Origin: Acidobacteriota bacterium | Lineage (GTDB): Bacteria > Acidobacteriota > UBA6911 > JACQSX01 | DNA length: 22,961 nucleotides | Direction: 5' to 3' | Assembly: GCA_036507075.1 (NCBI GenBank) | Contig: DASXQR010000121.1 | Location: 1-22,961, forward strand | Part shown: positions 17,591-22,961 of the stretch, one piece after another | Position numbering within the stretch: the first letter of the stretch is position 1 | Layout of the letters: every line of letters starts with the position of its first letter | Notes under the pieces: model-generated | Database searches by the model: none | The model's input: the letters and a program-made list of their open reading frames with translations, nothing else | What the model was told of the DNA's origin: nothing | Made by a program: the position numbers and the translations under genes

Positions 17591-17593
17591 ATT

Positions 17594-17837
17594 TCGGAAT
17601 GCGGAATGCGGAATGCGGAATAATCAGATTTGTCTGTGCGGCAAACGTGGTTGCGTTCAGGGGCGTGGACGGGGTTATGGACTTTTTGGTTGGGACTGAG
17701 CGGTGAGATGCCCGGGTCGAGCAGGACAAAATCGTAGTTATTCCGCATTCCCCATTCCGCATTCCGAATTCCGAATTCTGCATTCCCCATTCCGCATTCC
17801 GCATTCATCATTCCGCATTCATCATTCCGCATTCCGA
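17594..17837. repeat. Heptamer-arm palindrome; the right arm is 14 ATTCCGC-type units inside a CDS
   Basis: Four (G/T)CGGAAT units at 17594-17621 and 14 in-register ATTCnnn units at 17740-17837. The stem continues inward (AATCAGATTTGTC / GACAAAATCGTAGTT). Confidence 0.95.
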
Positions 17838-20603
17838 ATTTTTCTTTTCCTCAATCTCGCCGGTGGATATCTTCTCGCCCAGGGCCCCCCGAGCCGAATA
17901 TATGTCAGCTCCCCAGCCGCCCGATTGATTTCGGGCCAAAAAGTCCAGGTTTCCGCTGTCACAAGAGACGCCGCCGGCGCTGTGCGCACCGGTGACTCCT
18001 TCAACTGGACGAGCAGCGACAACAACATACTTTCGGTGGACTCCTTTGGCGTGGTGACAGGACGGCGGCTGGGAATGGCCAACGTAACAGCAATGCTGCA
18101 GTTGCCCAATGGGAGCCTGAGAGGAACCATTCGCCTGCAGGTCCTGCCTTCGAGGCTGCTTGTCACTCCCGCCGCCACGCAGGTCTTTGTGGGCGACACT
18201 TTGCAATATTCCGCCACGGCCCTTGATATCGACGGCGTCCCTATTCCCAACATTCGATTTCAATGGAGGGTGAATGGAGCCAATGGGTTTTTCACGCAGG
18301 CGGCTCGGATTGAAGATTCGGGGTTGATGAGCGCGCGCGCTCCTGCTGTCGTAACAGTTCGTGCGTCGTTCGGCTATCAATACTCATTCGGCCAGTTCGT
18401 CAATGAAGTCGCCGGCACGGCGACCGTCGAAATAAGAACACGGCCGGATTATCGGCTGCGGCGATTGCTTTCAACCGAAGAAGTCGCCACCAGTTTCCGC
18501 CTCAGGCTCTCAAACAGCTCTATCGCAGTCAATGAAAACGGCCAGATTGCATTCGTTGCCAACCTGGACGGCCTGGCGTCGGCTTTGCTGCTGTACGAGG
18601 CGGGCAAGTACCGCGTGCTGGGGTCCGGCGGTGTTCCCGGACCTACTGCCGGCACCACGATTGCTAATTTCGATTCGCCCGTAATTAACAGGAAGGGCGA
18701 GGTTCTTGCCAGAGCCAGTGTGAACCGCGGTCCCGGCGGCCTGTTACTTGCATCGGCAACAACTTCTTCCTTTGTGGTGCTCGACGGCCAGAGAGGAGCG
18801 GGGTTTCAGAACCTGTGGGGAGCCAGGCTGTCGCGAGACTGCTTCAATGACAAAGGAGAATTTCTATTCACGGCCAGTTTCCAGTATCCCGGTTCGGAAG
18901 AAAATCTCCCGGGGCTGTTCCGGTACTCCAATTCCAGGGTTGACCTGCTGTGGACGTCAACCATTCCGCTGCCGGGATTCTCATCCGCCGCCTGGATCGG
19001 CGACTTTGGGATTGATGGCAGTGGCGTGGGCTATTTTTCCGCTTTTACGGACAGCGCGGGCGGGGTGTTTCGCCAGCAGGGTTTCGACGCAGCGACGCGA
19101 GTGATCGGTACCGGAGACTCGCTGGCCGGTTCCCGTGTCCGCAGCATCCGCGGATTGGCCTTAGCCCCTTCCGGAGAGCTGGCCGTCGGCTTGGATTTAG
19201 AGAACAATGCCAGCTACATCGTAAGATACCCAAGAACGGGTGCGGCCGCTCCGGAAGTGATTTCTGTTCGAAATCAGTTCAATATTCTTTCCATCAACGC
19301 AGACGCGGGCCTGTTGTTCCGGGGAGACGGCGGGCGCGGATGGGGGTTGTACCGCTGGTCCAACGGTGTCGTCCTTCCCGTGCTCCTGGACGGAAAGCTG
19401 GCTCCTAACGGCGAGCCTCTTCGAAATATTTACGCCGCTTCGTTGCTTTCCTCGGGAACAGTGATCGCGGAGATGGAGACGTCGGAAAACCCGTTCGTCG
19501 TTGCCAGACTCGGCAGCTCAAAGAATGTTCTTTTCCAGGCCGGCGACTGGCTGGATGTTGCGGCAAATCTGGATGCTTTCAATCTTGCCGGAGCATCGAG
19601 CGACGGCACGCTTTATCTGTTGTCGACAAGCAGCGGCAGTCTGTTCGAAATGACGCGCTCGGGACTGGTGCCCAGGCTGATTACAGGCGATCGGCTTTCC
19701 CCCACCAACACTTTCCGTGGAACGAACTCAAATCAGTTCAAAGTAACTTCCGGAGGAGATCTGTACTTTACCTCAGAGAATTCGTTGTTCCGTTTGACCA
19801 GAGAGCGTATTGAAAGCGTTCTCTCTTTCGCGCTGGAGTCGGACGGGGCCTCCGTCTGGACCCCCTACTCGATCGCAGTCAATCAGGCTGGAACCATGGC
19901 ATGGCTCGCCGGCACCAATCTCGGGCAGGACCGCCTTTATCTTACGCGGGGAAACCGCCATACGCTGCTGGCGACGTTCGTGAACGGACTTGTGCTGGGC
20001 GGCGGGTCGCCGCAAATCGGTCCTCCCGGTCTAAAATTCCATCGGATTTCGGAAATTGCCCTCGATGAATCCGGCAGGGTGATGGCGCGTTTCGAGCGCG
20101 ACGACGGTTCTTCCGCGTTCTTCCTTTACACCGGTACCGCATGGCAATCAGCCAACCTGGCGGAAGGCGCATTGTTTGCCGGCCAACCCATTTATTGGGG
20201 AGGCAACCTGAAAGCTGTCGGCAACAGCTTCTACGCAGTCTTGAACTCCCGGTCCAATAGTTCAATGCTTGGCCGTTTTTCCGACCAGAAATGGGCGCCG
20301 ATCATCGAACCCGATGAAACTCTGCCCGATGGCAGCTCAGTAATGTCGGTTCAATCTTTTGACGTCAATCGCCGCGGCGAAGTGGCGGCGCTTGTCCATC
20401 TGGGATCGCTGCAGGCGCTGATTCTGCGTGCCGGCGAAACGACGCGCATGATTTACGCGAATAATCAAAGCACAGAATCCGGCGATCAGTTTTCTAATCA
20501 GATCTGGGACATTCTGCTGCTCGAAGATCGCCGCGTTTTCTTTACGGGCCTGAATCTGCAGGATCGCTATCTGCTGTACGGCGCGGAGCCGCTCTTTCCA
20601 TGA
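17703..20603 (+). CDS. Large secreted protein: two Ig-like (Big_2-type) domains plus NxxGxxAF tandem beta-repeats
   Basis: WTSSDNNILSVDSFGVVTG...G and YSATALDIDG...FQW Ig-like motifs. Repeats NENGQIAF, NRKGEVL, NDKGEFLF, NQAGTMAW and NRRGEVAA. Predicted cleavage at LLA-Q. Confidence 0.85.
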   Translation: MRCPGRAGQNRSYSAFPIPHSEFRILHSPFRIPHSSFRIHHSAFRIFLFLNLAGGYLLAQGPPSRIYVSSPAARLISGQKVQVSAVTRDAAGAVRTGDSFNWTSSDNNILSVDSFGVVTGRRLGMANVTAMLQLPNGSLRGTIRLQVLPSRLLVTPAATQVFVGDTLQYSATALDIDGVPIPNIRFQWRVNGANGFFTQAARIEDSGLMSARAPAVVTVRASFGYQYSFGQFVNEVAGTATVEIRTRPDYRLRRLLSTEEVATSFRLRLSNSSIAVNENGQIAFVANLDGLASALLLYEAGKYRVLGSGGVPGPTAGTTIANFDSPVINRKGEVLARASVNRGPGGLLLASATTSSFVVLDGQRGAGFQNLWGARLSRDCFNDKGEFLFTASFQYPGSEENLPGLFRYSNSRVDLLWTSTIPLPGFSSAAWIGDFGIDGSGVGYFSAFTDSAGGVFRQQGFDAATRVIGTGDSLAGSRVRSIRGLALAPSGELAVGLDLENNASYIVRYPRTGAAAPEVISVRNQFNILSINADAGLLFRGDGGRGWGLYRWSNGVVLPVLLDGKLAPNGEPLRNIYAASLLSSGTVIAEMETSENPFVVARLGSSKNVLFQAGDWLDVAANLDAFNLAGASSDGTLYLLSTSSGSLFEMTRSGLVPRLITGDRLSPTNTFRGTNSNQFKVTSGGDLYFTSENSLFRLTRERIESVLSFALESDGASVWTPYSIAVNQAGTMAWLAGTNLGQDRLYLTRGNRHTLLATFVNGLVLGGGSPQIGPPGLKFHRISEIALDESGRVMARFERDDGSSAFFLYTGTAWQSANLAEGALFAGQPIYWGGNLKAVGNSFYAVLNSRSNSSMLGRFSDQKWAPIIEPDETLPDGSSVMSVQSFDVNRRGEVAALVHLGSLQALILRAGETTRMIYANNQSTESGDQFSNQIWDILLLEDRRVFFTGLNLQDRYLLYGAEPLFP

Positions 20604-22961
20604 AAAGAAGGAACCGCAAAGAACGCCAAGAACGCCAAGGCTTCAATGGCTCTAGTCCAATTCACTTACGGCATATGGTTGAAGCGGTGAACCAAATCCA
20701 ACATGCAGGGCGATACCGCCTGACTAAATGTAATATTCTTGGCGTTCTTTGCGCTCTTTGCGGTTCACTTTGCGGTTCCGTTTTTGCGCAAAGTCCGCCC
20801 ATCGCGCAGATCGAAGTGACGGCCGCGCAGAACTATGTCGTGAGCGGAAGATTCCTCCAGCTTCAGGCGCGCGCATATTCCGCCGCAGGCTCCACTATCA
20901 ACAATTTCTCGGCCCAATGGAGATCGGCCAACCCGGAGATTGCCGAAATCAATAGCACCGGCATGGTCCGCGGACGCCTGCCCGGAACAACATCGATCGA
21001 GGCGATCGCCGCTGGTGTCAGCGGCAGACTTTCGCTGCGCATTTTTCCGGGCCACATCGAGGTCAAGCCGGACCGGCTCGACCTCCAGATTTATCGAAGC
21101 GCGGCGATAACGGCTCGAGCGCTCGACGCGGACGGCAATCCCCTGTCTTCCCGCTTTATCTGGTTCAGCGGCATCCCGGCAGTGGCGACCGTCGACGCCG
21201 CCGGCCTGGTGACCGCACGGGGAGAGGGCTCCACGACCATCACGGCGCGGCTGGATCTTCCCGAGGCTCCTTTCAACTTTGCGGCAACTGCGATAGTCAA
21301 TGTCCGCCGTCCCGGTTCGTTTGAACTTTCGCGCCTGATTTCCAACGAGCTGCAGAATCAGCCCGTCGTTTTGCGAGATATTACCGACGTCTCGCTGTCC
21401 AGCAAAGACCATCTGGCGTTCACCGGAATTCTTTCCAACGGTTCGCAGGGAGCTTTCCTGTGGGAGAAGGGGAACCTGAGAACGCTTGCCATTGCCGGCG
21501 AGTACCAGGAAGCCTTAGGTCAGATTATTGTCAATTTCGGTCCTGTCTCGGTCAACGCCAGAGGAGAAGTGCTGGTGACGGCTCTTTTGCCGGTGTGGCC
21601 GAATCAGGCGTTGCTTCTCTATCGTCCCGGATCCGCGGCGCCGGAGAACGTGACGATCGCAGGCGATTATGGCGGTCTTGGAATCGGGCCACGCTCGCTG
21701 AGCGATCGAGGCGAGATCGTCTTTCAAACCTGGAATTCTCAAGGGAACTACGTGCTGCTGCGGGGAGAGGATGGGCGGATCAAGACAGTGATTTCGGCCG
21801 GCCAGTCTTTACCCGATTTCGGCGCCGTGGAGTGGTTAGGGCCACCCTCGCTTACTCCTTCGGGAAGGGTGATATTCCCGGTCGGTGCTCCAAATAAAAA
21901 TGGGTACTATCTCTGGGACGGCAAAGAGAATCGAAGGATCTACATTACCGGACAAACCCTGGGAGGACGAGTCATAGGTTGGGGCGGCGAGCCAATGGAA
22001 GCTGCCGGGGGCGATCTTTTCGTTCAGTTGAACGTCGACGGCTCCAATCAGATTGTCAGGTATTCTGCCGGCATTCTGACTGCTGCTGTTTCAGACGGCC
22101 AGGCGTTTCCCGGAGTTGTCATCGGCAACCTGTGGTCCTTGTACGACGTGCGCGGGGGCGCGCTGCTTTTCGGAGCGGGCACTGATCAGGGGGGGCGATT
22201 GCTGAGGTTGGAACAAGGATTCGTGGACACGGCGGCGCGGTTTGGATCCGCTGCGGAACTGAATGAATGGACCCAGATCAACCAGGCTTTCATCGCCAGT
22301 GACGGCAGCGTGATTGTGCGCGGTTACCAGGGGAAAACGCCTTCGAAGGTCTCCAGGCTTTCCGGTTCCTTCTCAGAGAGGCTGCTTCAGAGCGGCACAA
22401 GCTTGAATATCGCCGCTTCCACTTCGCTGTTTTGGGCAAATCTGAGCGGCGGCGGCGACGTTGGAAATTTGACCTTCCTTGGCCCCGGAGGTCCGGTTCG
22501 AGTGGGCAAGAGCAGCGTGCAGCTTGGCGCGGGGCCCGGGGATCCTCTGCCCGGTGGAAATATTCTGACGCGAGTAAATAACGCGGGAGCCAACCGGAAC
22601 GGTGACTTCGCCATGGCGGTGGACACCCTTAACGGACAGTCCTTGTATCTGCTCAAGAACGGGCGGCTGAGCGTGGTTGCCGAGTCTAACGGCACGATAA
22701 AAACGGCCGGCGGTAATACCGTCAATGGTTTTTGCTGCGGACCGGTCGCCTTGAACAATCGCGGCCAGATTGCCTCGTTTGTCAATTTTGACCAGGGCAG
22801 CGGGATGGCGCTGATTACTCCCAACGAGAGTGTTGTGAAAGTCGTGTTCACTTGGGGTAGTCCGGCGCCCGGCGGCAGTACTTATAATTGGGTTCAAAAT
22901 CTCGCGTTGGACGAGAGCGGACGCATTCTGTTTGCGGCCAATCTGCAGGATGGAAGCAATG
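20600..22961 (+). CDS. Paralogue of the upstream Ig-like/NxxGxxAF protein, truncated by the window end
   Basis: ATG 20600 overlaps the upstream TGA (ATGA). Manual translation: MKRRNRKERQERQGF...ILGVLCALCGSLCGSVFA-QSPPIAQIEV...WRSANPEIAEINSTGMVRG...WFSGIPAVATVDAAGLVTARGEG...NARGEVL...NNRGQIAS. No stop was seen. An alternative ATG lies at 20675. Confidence 0.85.
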   Translation, partial: MKRRNRKERQERQGFNGSSPIHLRHMVEAVNQIQHAGRYRLTKCNILGVLCALCGSLCGSVFAQSPPIAQIEVTAAQNYVVSGRFLQLQARAYSAAGSTINNFSAQWRSANPEIAEINSTGMVRGRLPGTTSIEAIAAGVSGRLSLRIFPGHIEVKPDRLDLQIYRSAAITARALDADGNPLSSRFIWFSGIPAVATVDAAGLVTARGEGSTTITARLDLPEAPFNFAATAIVNVRRPGSFELSRLISNELQNQPVVLRDITDVSLSSKDHLAFTGILSNGSQGAFLWEKGNLRTLAIAGEYQEALGQIIVNFGPVSVNARGEVLVTALLPVWPNQALLLYRPGSAAPENVTIAGDYGGLGIGPRSLSDRGEIVFQTWNSQGNYVLLRGEDGRIKTVISAGQSLPDFGAVEWLGPPSLTPSGRVIFPVGAPNKNGYYLWDGKENRRIYITGQTLGGRVIGWGGEPMEAAGGDLFVQLNVDGSNQIVRYSAGILTAAVSDGQAFPGVVIGNLWSLYDVRGGALLFGAGTDQGGRLLRLEQGFVDTAARFGSAAELNEWTQINQAFIASDGSVIVRGYQGKTPSKVSRLSGSFSERLLQSGTSLNIAASTSLFWANLSGGGDVGNLTFLGPGGPVRVGKSSVQLGAGPGDPLPGGNILTRVNNAGANRNGDFAMAVDTLNGQSLYLLKNGRLSVVAESNGTIKTAGGNTVNGFCCGPVALNNRGQIASFVNFDQGSGMALITPNESVVKVVFTWGSPAPGGSTYNWVQNLALDESGRILFAANLQDGSN
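20611..20766. repeat. 9-mer-arm palindrome lying inside the 5' coding region
   Basis: GAACCGCAAAGAACGCCAAGAACGCCAAG / CTTGGCGTTCTTTGCGCTCTTTGCGGTTC (27/29); total length 156 bp. Confidence 0.95.

Overview
Roughly 58% GC bacterial chromosomal segment. The gene repertoire suggests Acidobacteriota (inference). In order it carries: three exported amidohydrolase-fold genes, only the middle one with metal ligands; a MutT-like NUDIX gene; a Yip1 membrane protein; a secreted IPT/TIG protein; rlmN; a YycJ-like MBL hydrolase coupled to purB; an orphan type III PKS; a HemD-like gene with a candidate sigma-54 promoter about 370 bp upstream; and a DUF1549/DUF1553 - DUF1501 - two-paralogue Ig-like/NxxGxxAF-repeat cluster. 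The last gene starts at 20600, runs off the window and is absent from the ORF track. The most striking signal is non-coding. Every intergenic gap after the first operon holds a long palindrome built from a few modules: 9-bp tandem arms, 7-bp tandem arms and REP-like hairpins. These modules are nested inside each other, their symmetry extends into neighbouring genes, and in the last two genes they are read in frame as part of the signal peptide. No rRNA, tRNA, CRISPR array or transposase was found.
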